Source of the DNA: Patellaria atrata CBS 101060
Lineage: Eukaryota
Length of the DNA stretch: 64,000 nucleotides
Assembly: GCA_010093705.1 (NCBI GenBank)
Contig: MU006093.1
Coordinates: 1,199,301-1,263,300, forward strand
Direction of reading: 5' to 3'
Shown here: positions 1 through 13,719 of the stretch, piece after piece
How the letters are laid out: each line of letters opens with the position of its first letter
How positions within the stretch are numbered: the first letter of the stretch is position 1
Made by a program: the position numbers and the translations under genes
Notes under the pieces: generated by a model
The model's database searches: none
Seen by the model: the letters and a program-made list of their open reading frames with translations, nothing else
What the model was told of the DNA's origin: nothing

Positions 1-643
1 TTGGTTCTAGTAACCGTTGATGCTGCTAATTTATGTGATAGGTCTAGGAATACGTTAAGGAAAGAGACTTGAGAATGCCCAATGGGAAGAGGTAGATTTG
101 AAATCTGAACGTATGTCTAATGTCGCATGACTTGAAGCATCAATTGGCGAGGACAAAGATCAAGGTTTAACTGGAAGGAACAAGAACACAGTACGTGGTG
201 CCAGTTTCCTAGCTTGGTGATTCATTATGCAAATGCTAAATATACAGGTACCGTTAAAAGTTTGGTCAAGGGCACCTAAACTACTTAATTAGAGAATAAT
301 GTAATGGTGAGTAGAGCCCAGGTGGAAAAGGGGTATCCGGATTTATCAATCTGCCATTTAAGTCTATATGCATAATGACATCGAGTAGATACCTGGGGCT
401 TGTTTTCCCTCATTTAAATGATTGATGTCGGAAATAAGCTATCAGTATGATTTCTGGACATGGAAGAGATTGAGGTTAGAATGAAGTTACAAAAGACGAT
501 AAAGATCTAATCGATAAGATAAGATAGGGCGGCCAGTGATCCTTGCTGATCCTTGAACAGGACGACAAATGGCCATCCCACCCCTCAACATCCGAGATGT
601 CCTATCCTACGCTCACCGTACCTGTCCTTGCGACTGTCAAGAC

Positions 644-1492
644 ATGTCTTCCCCCCAAGAGGTTCCGCCTCCCCTCTACCACGAACACTCACCACCACCC
701 TCATTTCCAAAGCAGACCATCCCGGGACAAACGCGCGCTGGAGTTGATGAAGCCTTTGTCGGACTTGAAGAGAATGACGTGGATCTTCCTCCCGCATACG
801 CATCCGTAGACACGAGGGCCTCGGTGTTCCGCGCAGACCCTCCGCTGCTATATTCTTGCGACTTCTCACATACCCCACGCTACCAGCTTCATCTGAACTT
901 GACGCAGTCGGGGAAACCCTACCAGCTTCGCATCCGGCGGCTTCGCCCCAGTGAAACCCGTCGATTGTCTCTCATCAGCGCCGTCAGTTCTGCGTCGAGC
1001 AGCGGCAGCAGAAGTCGCTGTGGCATCGACTACGAGGACGATTGCACTCTTTATGAGATCAAGAACGTAGCCGCATTCGGTGGTACCGGCATCGAGATTA
1101 GAGGATGCCGACTCAGCGCTCTCCCCGGCTACATCAAGCTGGAGAAATGCACGGGCCTGACTGGCAGGTATTGGAGATTCTGGCATATGACCCGAAACCC
1201 CAATGCCGACAGCTTAAGAGAGGAGAACGAGAGGAAGATGCAGAAGTACGGTTACCATGCGGATAATGAGTGGTATCGGGATCTGCTGTTTGATGTTAGG
1301 TTCAAGAAGAAGCAGATTGTATGGACTGATATTGCCGGGTATGTTGTTGCCCGGGCGGTATCGATTGAGCCAGGTAGTGAGATCACGGTTCAGGTTGACC
1401 TACCACCGAAGATGAAGGACGTCTTGTTAACGTGTTGGGTTGCTCATTCTTGGTCTGTTGACTTCGCACCGTGGGCGGCTTGTAGAGAATGA
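644..1492 (+). CDS. Fungal hypothetical protein (~282 aa from ATG 644; ORF is open from 569)
   Basis: Long intronless ORF with PPxY-like motifs (PPPLY, LPPAY) at the N-terminus and a C-terminal 'DVLLTCWVAHSW' helix. No family recognised with certainty. Confidence 0.7.
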   Translation: MSSPQEVPPPLYHEHSPPPSFPKQTIPGQTRAGVDEAFVGLEENDVDLPPAYASVDTRASVFRADPPLLYSCDFSHTPRYQLHLNLTQSGKPYQLRIRRLRPSETRRLSLISAVSSASSSGSRSRCGIDYEDDCTLYEIKNVAAFGGTGIEIRGCRLSALPGYIKLEKCTGLTGRYWRFWHMTRNPNADSLREENERKMQKYGYHADNEWYRDLLFDVRFKKKQIVWTDIAGYVVARAVSIEPGSEITVQVDLPPKMKDVLLTCWVAHSWSVDFAPWAACRE

Positions 1493-1758
1493 CAATCAAA
1501 TGCTTTTCAACTTGAACTCAGTGGTCTTACCGTGTTTCATTGATATTGGCCTTTCAAGCATGATGGCACAGAATAAGACAAGGTAGTAGGACTGTTCTGC
1601 AGATAAGCAGGCAAATTCTCGAAACGAGTGCTATTCATTTCTATGAAAATTCGTATTGAGCTAACAGATCCGCTCATGTCAAAACCTAAACGATAACCGG
1701 ACCATCTCGTTCACTGATTAGGCTAATTGTACACCTCCAATGCATCCAATAGCCCAGC

Positions 1759-4654
1759 TTAGTAATCTCCTAATCGCAACCGTCTCCCGATCTCGCGTCG
1801 TTGCGAGACTTTCTCTTCGGCCTGATTCTCATCCTTGAGTTTCAAGGCGTTCATCAAAAGTCCCGCGTCGAAGAAGCCGTCTAAAGCAAATAAGAAAAAT
1901 CAGCACAAATGAAAGTTCAAGAGTAGTGAAGTGTAAAGTGTAGTGTATGGGGGTATATGCTGGATAAATAACAAAAATGAAATGTGAGATTTGAGCCAGA
2001 CACGCCGCAAAGCCGTCGTATGAGTTCAGGGTAGAAAAAGAGAAGAAAGGGAATATCTCTATGAAAGGGTTTTCGCGTGCCACACTCTCGTGTGCCGTCT
2101 AATGATAGGAGGAGCTTTTCGTGTAACGGGGGGGTTGCTCAATATCGATGGTCTGAACTGCGGACTATGCGGCGGCGTGGGTAATCCACCACGGAATAGT
2201 GTAGTTGAAATAGGGGAAGGAGGGGAGGGGGTTTTCCTACATCCGCCCAATCCTTCGTCATCATCTTCTGTGCTATCCTCCTGCGGCGTTAATGTCCCCT
2301 TAGCCTCGCTCATTATGATTCTACCACGACTCTTCACTCGGTGACTCTTTGGTCTCTTCTCTTCAGCTTCACGGGCGCGGCTAGCGTGTTTGTCTGCGGA
2401 GGTGCCGCGACGTTTGATCTGGCGGAGGAGTTTTCGAACCTCAAGGAAGTAAGCTTCAATAGCATCAATGAACCTCGACGTTTGTCGATGTTTCGATGAA
2501 GCGCAAATAGAAACTGAACCGTCTTTGATAATATAACCAATACCGAAGCCATCTCCAGACGTTGGCCCGAAGCCGAATTGTCGTAGCGATGGGTTCCCGC
2601 AATTTGATGTAGAAAGAATGGTTGTATTCATGCGGTCCCAACCACTGTCAGCGAATAATGCCGGCATCGTGTGGTGATGTCCTTGAGCAGCAGGAGAGGT
2701 AGAGATTGAGTCCTCCGACATCATTGAATTTCTATTAGGCGATCCAACAATCTTTTCCGACCCATCGGGACTTGAACATTGAGCGGAATCGACGCCGTTA
2801 TTGCTTTGGAAGTCTAGGTCATCAAGGCCACGTTGCCAAATACAGTACAAGGCATAGAGATGTCGATCGTGTCCTTGCCCCTTCGCACACTCCTTCGTAA
2901 CCGTAGTGTGCTTTTGGCATGCTTTTCTTAGGGCTTCTATCTTCTGGGCTGGTGGATTTTCGCCCCAAAAGGTGCGCACAAATTCCACTGACTCAGATGT
3001 TACCGATCTGATGGCTTCGGTTCTACCGTGGTAGAAGAACTTGGTCATGGCAGGTTCGTAGACATTTTCTATACGACCATATAGACCGTAATATGCAGCT
3101 TGGAACGCCATCTGTACAAATGCATCTGGGGAGAATCCCATTGAAGTGATGAAATTTTTTCCGTACGCCATGAATTCTAGCGTCTGAAACTCATTTTGTT
3201 GGATCAGATCTGCAAGCCTTGTCTCTGCAAAACGCAAAGCGGTGCTTAATTCGGGTACCATATCCCATTCTAATTTATGCGGCGTTGTGCTCACATCGCC
3301 GAAACTGTCAGGGTCCCGTTTGGACGGATCGGGACTTTGTGAGGCCCAAAGGCTGGGTGCGCCACCGTTGATCGTCCGAGCAAAGCGGAGAATGGTATCG
3401 GTATAAAGATCGCTAGCGAATCGTAATACAGTGTGACCATCCACACCAGTATGCTCAAAGTTGATACCAGCGCTTCCATTCTTACATACAATGATCTGAA
3501 GTTTGTCATACCATCGATTGGTGCACGTGCCCACTTGAACCCCCTTTTCAACCTTACTGGAACCACATAGCATATTCATGCATAGTTCAGCGCCAGTCTG
3601 AGGCTCAGTGTAATCGAGGCAGAGTACAAAAAGAGCGGAATCAACAATACTGAGACAGTCAGAGTTATTGGATTCCTCGTCTCTGTTGAGCACATCTCGA
3701 AGTCCCGACCAAACTTTGCGGTTTTCAGTACTCAACACTCCTAGAGCTCCCTTGGCAGCTTCTTGAATGGGGATCTCGGTGGCATCGTCTATAATCACCT
3801 GGAGATTAAGTGCAACATCCTTCTCTGTCATGATAAGATCGGAGTTGTCATCCAGGACATCGAACCAATAAAATTGACCGTGGCACAGTACAACAATATG
3901 TTTTGCATTGGCGTCCTGGCCAATTTGACAACCATTTTCAGTTGGAATTCGTGCAGTACCGAAGAGTCTCGAATATTGGTACATGTCTAACGGTTGTCCG
4001 CGTACGGTGTCGGGGGGGAGCTCCTCCTGACGAACAGCTCTGACAAATGATAACGCTGAGATTACCAGGGATGCCGCTCGAGTGACTTGATTATTCCTTG
4101 CGGGGGTCGGGTCATCCTCCAATAGGAAAAAGGGGTTTAGATTGAGCACGACGGGATTATCGAAGTTCAAGTAAGAATCATACCCTTTATACTATTAGTA
4201 TGGTCCGGGAAAAGTAACAAGTTCTGAACTCACAGAATTGCTCTATGTAATTTGATCTTCCGGAGGCATATTTCTTGAGCTTCTCATGAAGTTCAACACC
4301 ATCTCCTTTAATGAAGTCCTGTACCGCCGATACGGTGTCTAGATGTTCTTTTTGTGTCTGTAATGGTTCTAAAGCATCGACATATTTCTTTAACGTAGAC
4401 TCAAGCTCGGGAATAGGGAGCTTGGGTAATTTCTCCTGGGCAGCATATGTAATACCAGGTTTTGAAGCCGGATTCTTACTAGCTTCAAGAGGTTGCTTAC
4501 TCTCCTGGGGAAAAGATTGGGTCTCCGCCTTTGCATTCTCCGAAGAACGTTGGACTCCGTCAGTCTCAACCATCTTGGCCTCTAAGGTGGGAACCCCTGG
4601 TGAGGCGAGAGAAGCGTTGAGAGATACGGGGGTAGTAAAAGTTCTAGTCGCCAT
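1759..4654 (-). CDS. facC: Carnitine O-acetyltransferase, FacC/Yat1 type; 3 exons (4654-4234, 4184-2241, 1880-1759)
   Basis: Motifs LPKLPIPELE, YIEQF|WYDSYL across a 49-nt intron, NRWYDKLQIIV, catalytic EHTGVDG, YEPAMTKFFYHGRTE and STSNCGN. The last exon restores the GGY-GFFDAG...GRRLRLGDY* end typical of this family. Confidence 0.92.
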
Positions 4655-6227
4655 GAAAGTGATGATGTGTCAGCCTAACAGCATATGGGTGATATAAAGG
4701 TAGCGATGGAGAGCAACCGCAGTGCAGTGCGGTAGAAATAGTGACAGTCGTAAAGGCAGTAAGCTGGCATTGGAAAGCGCTGAGGCTATGCTAGCAGCTG
4801 TAAGAAAGAACTACCAAGAAGCAGTATGGGAGATGGTGCTCTTATAGAGTACATCGGTAATGGACGGATGGGGGAAGTTTGGGTCAAAATGTCACCTCGC
4901 TAGCGCAGCAGTGTAGTGATTGACCCTTGCAGAGCTTGCGATAGGCTGTAAAGAATTGCGTTTCTGGAAATTCAACATCTGATAGTAACGGACCGTGCTT
5001 GCGGGAGCTGACCAGAATTATGGGGCTTAAGGTTCTAAGAAGAGACAAGGTACTTACCGGACGAGCCACTTATTAATGTCTCGGATGGATACTGAAGCGT
5101 ATGGTTTCCCTGACAAGTTTCTGGTATTTTTAGTCAGTTAGTTCTTCGTCTACCTACCTATCTTTCTTTAGCTATTCCAGATGAATGCCGGAAAAGTACT
5201 CCCGCTTGCGATGACAGCTTGAACAGTCTGTGCAAACCCAAGGGGATAAGAGCAAAATGGATTCCGGTCAACAGGATGTTACTGGAGCTCTATGTCCTCT
5301 GCACCGAGGGGGTCAGGAACCCCGGAAGATAGCGATAGACCTTAGATAGAGGGACGGGCGAGGGGAACAGATGGTTTGAGCGAGGTAACGAGGAACGAGC
5401 TCCCACTGATTGGCTACCGGGTATTTCAGGTTTGTATGAAACTGTTCTGTATAGAAATAAATGAATCACTGGACCAGTAACGGTGGTGAGCGGTCTCTGC
5501 TCCAAACTCAATCCTTTCTCATGCGACCATAAGGTAAGGTGCCAAAAAAAAGAGCACACGAATGGAAGGACGATGACGAGAAAGGGATCTTTATCGTCTG
5601 ATGAAGAGTTCAGCTTAGCAAGTGCATCACTACCTACTAACATGTCATGAGAGCACCTTGGCAGCTCATGACACGCCTAAAGTCCTTTCAGATGGTTCAA
5701 TTTCCCCGCAGGGAAAGGTGATGGGTTCGCATGTTATAAGCGCCATATGGCTGGCATATAGGCACTGAAAGCGCACCTTAGGCATCCAGAACCCTCTCGT
5801 GGCCAGTAGTGATTCCCTAATAATGCTGTCAGTCTGACAGTCTGGAGGATGACGGCGGAGGCGTCGGTTGAGCGGAGGCAAGTCAGGCAATATGAGACGA
5901 GAAACGCTAGAACCAAGATAGTTAGATTATAAACTGTCACATGCTCTTGGCACCTGTTTGCTTGTTTTGCATCCTTTAGAATCACCAGTTCACCACCTCA
6001 CTCAGCTTTGGTACCCTTGCTCCCATCAAGCAACGTGGCAAGCATCCCAAACTTTGAACAAGCGCTTCTCACTCAAATCCCTCAACCACGATACGCGAAG
6101 GTATCATAGATTTGAATTCATTTACCCCATGTTGCAGGGCCCATCTATGGCTGCTGTGGGAAAGGCTTATCCATGATAGAGCCATGCCCGCGTATTGCGT
6201 CCGCCGAGCACCCCGCCTCCTTGACTG

Positions 6228-7686
6228 ATGACCGATCTCCTGAACGTCCTACCTGATTTTGGGACTTCGCCGTTTGCACATCTTCTTCCATCGTTGGACA
6301 AGAGTCTTGTCACCGTAAGTGACATTCTTACTCTCGATGTTGTCGACGTAGCCAAGCGAGCCCAGCTGCCCTCAGCGGAGGTTCAAAAACTTGCGCATGC
6401 AATTCTTGCAGAGTTGCACTCTCAGTATGAACCTACGCGCTCAGATCATGCTAGTGACAATATTGCGTCCGTTGGTGCTGTCGCTCCGTCGTTATACAAG
6501 CTGGGATTGAACGATGCGTGGGATACAATTAGTACATTGGATGACCAGCTAGATACCGTTCTCGGTGGTGGCATATCTCCTGGTTATGTGGTCGAAATAA
6601 CTGGGGAAAGGTGAGCTTCCTGCTTGGAGACTCTGAACCGTACAGCGGCCGCTTCCATACAATGGTTCAGCTAACGTCAAGAACAGTGGTGCGGGCAAGA
6701 CTCAGTTTCTTTTAACCTTCCTCCTGTCTGTTCAGCTATCACCCCCTAATGGTCTTTCGAAGTCGGCGCTGTATATCTCTACAGAAGCAGCGCTTGCAAC
6801 CAGTCGGCTTAATCAGCTTCTATCCTCTCATCCCCGACTTTGCTCCTTGACTCCGAATGAAAAACCATCCTTGAACCGCATCCTCAGCATCCAAACTCCT
6901 GATCTTGAGTCTCAAGACCATATACTACGCTATCAAGTGCCAGTAGCTATCAAACGTCACAATGTTGGATTGCTTGTTATTGACTCGGTTGCGGCCAATT
7001 ACCGTGCTGAGTTTGAAAGACCAGGCTCTCGTGGTGTTTCTGCAATGGCTCAAAGGAGTGTTCAATTAATGCAACTAGGTGCAATTCTGCGGAGTCTCGC
7101 CCGAACGCATAATATTGCAATAGTTGTCGCCAACCAAGTTGCTGATAGGTTCAGACCACAGGAAAACACCTCAGTCGCAACGTCGAGAGCCACCTCGTTC
7201 AATAGCTACAATAGGGACATCAGTTTTAACTTTTCGGCTGATCGAGAGGAGCTTATTCCTCCTCATACCGACGCACCATTAGAAGCAGCCTCAATCCCTT
7301 TGACATCTCCTGATGCCCTGACATTGGACCACCAACAACGTTGGTTTACCGGTTGGGGGGATGTTGAAGTTCCAAGTATCATTGGCACACATAACAACCT
7401 AAAGACTCCCTCTCTTGGCCTCGTCTGGACAAATCAGCTCTCATGTCGCATTGCTCTACTGAAGTTTCCCATTTACAGCGAGGGTCAACATCTGCTCCGA
7501 CCCAGTGGGACTGAAAAGGGTTATGGTCTGAGTTTTGAACACGAGTTAGCTGGTTGGAGACGATCATTAAAGGTTGTATTCGCGCCATGGATAGGTCCTA
7601 CACATACGAAGGGAATTGACTTTGAATTATCGAGCGCTGGTGTAAGAACAATCGCGGCGGAAGAACCTAATGTAAAACCACCCTGA
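6228..7686 (+). CDS. RAD57: RecA-family Rad51 paralog Rad57/XRCC3; intron 6611-6686
   Basis: Splicing gives Walker A EITGESGAGKTQ. Walker B LLVIDSVA, VVANQV and PSLGLVWTNQ are also present. Confidence 0.88.
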
Positions 7687-8093
7687 AAAAATCAACTGTG
7701 CATCTGAAAGTAGGAAGTTATCAATACTAGCAAACTGGTAACGTTATCTATAAACTTCGGAGGCATTTTGGTGGAACGACGGTGTACTGGACCCGCGTGA
7801 TGAAAGGACTCAGATGATAATGTACTACCTATTCAGAAGGCATGTAGTTTTAAGCAAATCTCCACTGTATTAGACGCCAAGTCTAGTTACAGGATTCTAT
7901 GTTAAATACTTATTCTTCGCGAGATTGTGACGATATCTATTTTGGTAATTCTATTTTCGGATCGGTATTTTATCGGGAAATTACCAGAGGCCAAACTCAC
8001 GTCAGCCGAGCTCAACGACGACTCTCGACGTGTCGCACAGTATTCTTATCGTACCGTATGATTGTACGGTAGCCCTTCTCTATATCTCTCTCA

Positions 8094-11000
8094 ATGGGGA
8101 ATGGCGTGCATAAGTCGGAGTTTAAGAGCATCGCCGCTGCATTTGCTAAAGCAAAAGCGGAGAAGGAGAAGGAGGACGCTCAAGCGCTGAGAGGAGCAGC
8201 GCAAGATGCTAGAGCTTCGGACAAGGAGTGGGAAGTTCGTTTTAAAGCAACACATGGTTTGATAGTGGCCTTCTTTATTCTAATACTGTAAATTGATCTA
8301 ATTGATCTCAATTCTCGCATTACTCGGCCCTGACTTTTCGTCGTAGACTCTTTCATATCCTCGGCCTCTACCTCTTCACGAGCGGGTTCCTCTTGACGAG
8401 GCTGGTACTGAACAATAAATCTGAGTGTCCAGTCCCTCCAATAGAGCCACTTGGTATATTTGAACCCGGATCTTCGGATAGAGGGTGCTGGCACCCTAAA
8501 TCTTTCCAAAAAGCGATTATCGTGATCGTGGACGCCCTCCGTTACGACTTTACCGTCCCCTTCAAAGCACAGTCTGCCGAGGACAAGCCTCACCACTATC
8601 ATAATTCTTTACCGTTTCTGTATGAAACAGCCCTACAGTACCCAAACAATGCTTTCCTATTACCATTCATTGCAGACCCGCCCACGACCACTCTACAACG
8701 ATTAAAAGGTCTCACAACTGGAACATTACCTACATTTATAGATGCTGGTTCAAACTTCGCAGGAACAGCTATTGATGAAGATAATCTAGTGGCTCAGCTT
8801 CGGGATGCAAGTAGAAGGATTGTGCACTTAGGAGACGATACCTGGCATTCTCTGTTCCCGGGATACTTCGACCCCAACTTAACGCATGCTTATGATTCCT
8901 TCAATGTATGGGATCTTCATACCGTGGACAACGGAGTCAATGAGCATCTGTTCCCCCTTCTCGACAAATCTAATGCTGGTAAATGGGATGTCATCTTTGC
9001 TCATTACCTCGGGGTTGACCATGCGGGTCATAGATACGGCCCTGATCACCCAGCCATGTCTGCCAAATTGGAGCAAATGGACGGCGTACTAAAGCAAGTT
9101 GTTGATGCCTTGGATGATGAAACGCTTCTTGTTATCATGGGAGATCATGGAATGGACTCCAAAGGTGACCATGGTGGTGAATCGTATGACGAAGTCCAAG
9201 CAGCATTATGGATGTACTCCAAGAAGGGGATTTTTGGCCGTACTTCATCGTCATATATCGAACCACCACAATCTGCGAGAGAGAGACCCGTGGCGCAGAT
9301 AGATCTGGTCCCTACGTTGTCGCTTCTACTCGGCATGCCTATTCCATTCAACAACCTTGGGGCTCCGATCGAAGAAGCATTCATTGGACGTGCTGGTAAT
9401 GACTACGTGAATCTTGCTAAAGTCAGACGACTAACTGCAGCTCAAATTCATCGTTACCAAGCAGAATATGCTCTTGCGCGCAAGCTGGATGCCTCCAGCA
9501 CGGCACTGCCCTTAAAGCTCTGGGAAACTGCAACTGAAGTCTGGGCTAGCGTTAAGAAGAGAGGAAATCCAGACAAAGATTTGATAAAAAGCGCAGCTAT
9601 TGCATATTCCAAGTACCAGTTCGAAACTCTAAGCATCTGCCGTGGCTTGTGGGCAAGGTTCGATGTTAGCAGCATGGTCTGCGGAATCGTAGTCCTGACA
9701 AGTGCTCTGATTATGCTAGGTTTCTACGCACGTGGTATTGATGGCGATAGGGTTGATGTAACGCCGACTTTCCTGGTAAGGGGATTTTCGGGAATGTTCG
9801 TTGGTGCGACCATTGGCTCAGTCGTCGGAGTTTCTGTTTCGACTCTTCCACTTATCTCAACTACTATTGTTGCTACCGCGCTAGGAGGCAATCTCGGCAT
9901 GATTTCAGCATTCTGGTCCATCCGAAAACGTATCTCTTCACCGACTCCAACAACATTATGGGGCTGGGTTTCCACCGTCTTTCCGTTGTTGCTGTCGATT
10001 GGATTTGCCGCTAATTCGTTCACCATTTGGGAGGACGAGATTTTACTCTTCTTCCTTAGTACTTTTGGTGCTCTGTTGGCAATTTCCTCGTTCCGGCAGA
10101 AGAGCCTCTTAGATCGATCACTTGGAGTCTATCATTCCGTGCTGTTCATAATACTAACTAGAATTGCTTCTCTGTCACGCCTATGTCGAGAAGAGCAAAT
10201 GCCTTATTGCAAATCGACATATTATGCGTCTGCTAATTCTTCAACCTCAGCTGGCTGGCAACTGTTGATTCCATTCGGGCTAGCACTGTTTCTGCCCGGC
10301 ATCATTCAAACATACTATAATCGAACAAAAAGCCTCCAGGGTATGGCAATTCCATGGCTCAGCTTCGCTCTCCGCGCATTCTTGCTTCTCTCCGCTGTAT
10401 TCTGGCTACTCGATGCTGCGGATGATGGTGATTGGCTCAGTATCGACAATACCGTATTGAAAACGATCAAAATATCTCTTTCTCGAATCGTACTCTTCGC
10501 TACCTTCGGTGTGGGATATATTGTGTATACTCGGTCACCTTCGTTTTTGAATATCGAGACTCATACTAGCCCTACTGCCAATGGTACCTCAACACCGTCA
10601 GATCCTTCCCAACCGGTCATCGCAAGCCCTGCTCGCTCTCGTGTTAGCATTCTCGGCTATTCCAATGTTCACGGTTCTCGATACTTCATTCTTATTACCA
10701 TCTGGCTCGTTGCTGTTACCATGGTACAAAAGCCCATGGGAGGTGGCGCAATTGGAATCCTCGCGCTCCAGATCCTTGCCCTACTTGAAATTATCGATCA
10801 TAATAAACTCACGGACACAGCCGTAGGTCCTGTGGTTCTCGGTCTTCTTGGTTCTTTTCACTTCTTTAAGACAGGTCACCAAGCTACACTCGCTAGTATT
10901 CAATGGGAGTCCGCATTCATCCCGTTGCGTATCATAGTTTACCCTTGGTCCCCACTCCTCGTTGTCTTGAACACATTTGGGGCCCAAATACTTTGCGCAG

Positions 11001-11308
11001 TTGCCGTTCCAGCTACAGTGTTATGGAAACAACCACCCAAGAAGCGTGGTCTTCTAGGAAACATAGCCAAAGCAATGGCTACGCATGTACTATTTTATGC
11101 AACAATTGCGTTAGCGACAACAATGTGGGCCGGTTGGTTGAGAAGGCATCTCATGCTGTACAGAATCTTCAGTCCAAGGTTTATGGTGGGCGCAATAGTA
11201 CTGGCAGTCGTGGACGTTATTGCAGCATTCGTGGCCGTAGGTGGTGTAAGATGGGGGTTTCTAAGCGCCGCAGAGGTGTTTGGGCCTGAAGTGGGAATGT
11301 CAATATAA
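8094..11308 (+). CDS. GPI13: GPI ethanolamine phosphate transferase 3 (Gpi13/PIG-O); intron 8288-8346
   Basis: Motifs FTSGFLLTR, VDALRYDF, DPPTTTLQRLKGLTTG, LGVDHAGH and GDHGMD, followed by a multi-TM C-terminus with FFKTGHQ and RRHLMLYRIFSPRF. Confidence 0.95.
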
Positions 11309-12616
11309 ATGAAATAGTTCGTAAGCTGTTGAATAGGCCTGTAAGTAGAATCCATGTCTTATCCAAACACAGAAAACCCCAAACGAAATATATCTTTGGT
11401 GTTATGTCCTCTCAGATCTAGATATTATTAGTAGAAAAAGCATTCATCATGAATATATGCAGTAGTGTAAGTGCATTCTTTCCCTTTGTTATTGCATTCA
11501 TAGTAGTCATAGATACATCTCATTCCTATGGAAAGCACCTGCAATACGAAGAGTAAACATCCGACACCTATCCACAGGATGATAGCAGCATCCTACCATG
11601 TCTTCATCGTCGATAGAAAAGCATACATGTTCTCCTCCGTCATCTCAAGTAGTCTCTCGACTGCTTCGGTTCGAGTGCCTGCTTCTGGACCTTCAAGGTA
11701 GATCGAAAGATCCGGTTCATAGTTATCACACCAAACGGGAGGATCTTTGGGCCATCTACGGGTCTGGCCACTGTCCACGCTCTAACTTGGCGGAAAACTG
11801 ACTTGTATTTGGGTTTCTGCTGGTAATTACGAGGAAAGGTGGGTCCTGATAAGGGAAAAGGATTCAGCAGTAGTCTATAATAAAAGTGACCGGGTCAGTA
11901 GATTGTAATTGGGGCTTGATAGATAGGGGGCGCTATGCTGCCTATTTGCTGGCGTAAAAAAAATTCTAAATCAGGTGTGGAGAACATTGTTAATATGTGA
12001 GTAGGGTTCTTAGAAGAAAGGTATTGTGCAAGCCACAAGATATTTCAAAGTTGAATTCAAGAGATTAAGACTAACATGGTTTGTGAATGTAAAGGGGAAC
12101 TTATACCTTAATTGTCCAACGCGAACTGTAAGTGACAATATCCAAGTGGAGCCAACACATGCCTACGGTAAGGTAGTCACCACTAATACTACACTGACTG
12201 GTAATTTCATTTTGGGGGTAATATTGTTGACACGTAGGATGTGAGTGGCTCCTGATCACCTTAACTGTCACTTAGGGAAAGAACCTTAGTGCGTAGGCAG
12301 CCCAGTCAAAAACCCAACGCACTGTGTATAAAGGCTCTGCCATCCCTCCTTCTCTCCTACATCATACATCACAAATCACAAGATCACAATGCTTCGGAAA
12401 TTCTATCACAGGTCACAGAAGATCTAAGTCAAAATTGCTTTGACCAACATAACTTACACTAGAACTTTCTAAGTACTGTACGTCAACTTTACTATTATAC
12501 ATCTCATCATACAATCCTCGCTATCTCTTATCCTACTATCTCAAGACTCTATCTTTCTCTAAACACCTCAGACTCTACCACCTAAATTCATCAAACCTCT
12601 AACAACGCCACCAAAA

Positions 12617-12991
12617 ATGGCTCTTCCGGACTGGGCGATTAAAGCGCGTGAGCTGTACCTCGAGAAGCCACGCTCCCTCCTCGACATCGTCCGCGAACTA
12701 GAGTTCCTGTACAGAGACCCTGGTGCACTTATCCCGGGCGACTGGGCCAACGGGATATCCGAACGAGATCGTATAAAGAGAGTTAGGGAGTTCCTGCAGG
12801 ATGCGGGTCTGTTCAGGGTGAGCCTATCTAGGTTGACTCTCGTAAACTGACTTGTACTAGAGAGTTGGCGAATTTTTATGTCTCTTGTTTGCAGAAACTA
12901 ATTTGGAAAGGGTTAGGTTCCGCATTTCATTATTGTCAATGGGGAGGAGCAAGTTGAGGAAGAGATGGGGGAGGAGTCGGAGGAAGAATGA
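12617..12991 (+). CDS. Small hypothetical protein, possibly Clr5-domain-like, with an acidic tail; intron 12818-12916
   Basis: TATAAA at ~12327 and an ATG in a CCAAAATG context. W..KARELYLE..SL.DIV..L resembles the Clr5 domain start. A GTGAGC...ACTAAT...TAG intron joins in frame to VPHFIIVNGEEQVEEEMGEESEEE*. Confidence 0.5.
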
Positions 12992-13719
12992 AGTTAAGAT
13001 TCTAGTGCAGCTAGGACTTGAGTTTGTTTAATACCCCTACTCTTCAGTTGAGATATTTCAATCGAGTTCGATTGTTTCCAAGTCTACCTTAGTCCACACC
13101 AAATAAGAACTGGTACATTGAGCCCAGGAGCATCCGTTGTGTTTAGTGCGGAGACCAACCTGGACTTCGAGGATAGTGCAATGTTTGGATTTCTGGACTC
13201 AATTATGGTATTGACTTTCAATGGGGTTGGAAACTGACAGGTGTGGTTATGGGATATCTTGGTGTCTCGGCGAATTCTGTCGGCTACACTTATACCAATA
13301 GACCTGAATAAAAACTCGAGATAGGGTCAAGATTAACTTTTCCTTCTCCAAAAAATAAAAATCCCTTCTCTTCTGCTGTCAAGACTACTTCCCGCTTACT
13401 GTATGGCCACTTGCACTAAGTCGTACGTAGAGTACTAGACTGGACAGAGGACCCCAAACTGTGATATGGTCAAAATCGTACATCTACTGAAGGATTCAAC
13501 AATATTTCGTATCTGGGGTCCACTAGTCAGTGTATTGTAAGCGTAAGGTAAGGTGCCTTACCTTATAATACGATAGTAAAAGCCAGAAGTCCAACTGTGC
13601 TGTACGAGGGAGCATTTTGATTGGTCTCTTCGGTCCGGCTGAATTTGTACCGAATTTCCCAACTTCAACCTCAGATAATCAACTTCCGCGCATGAACTTG
13701 AAGTAATACACCCAGAACG

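Noticed and set aside
5304..5309. FarA-type CCGAGG sites near facC and odeA (37707)
   Set aside because: Single hexamers are expected many times by chance in 64 kb, and there is no clustering.
11593..11778. 61-aa minus-strand ORF downstream of GPI13
   Set aside because: No ATG start, no splice model and no recognisable motif.
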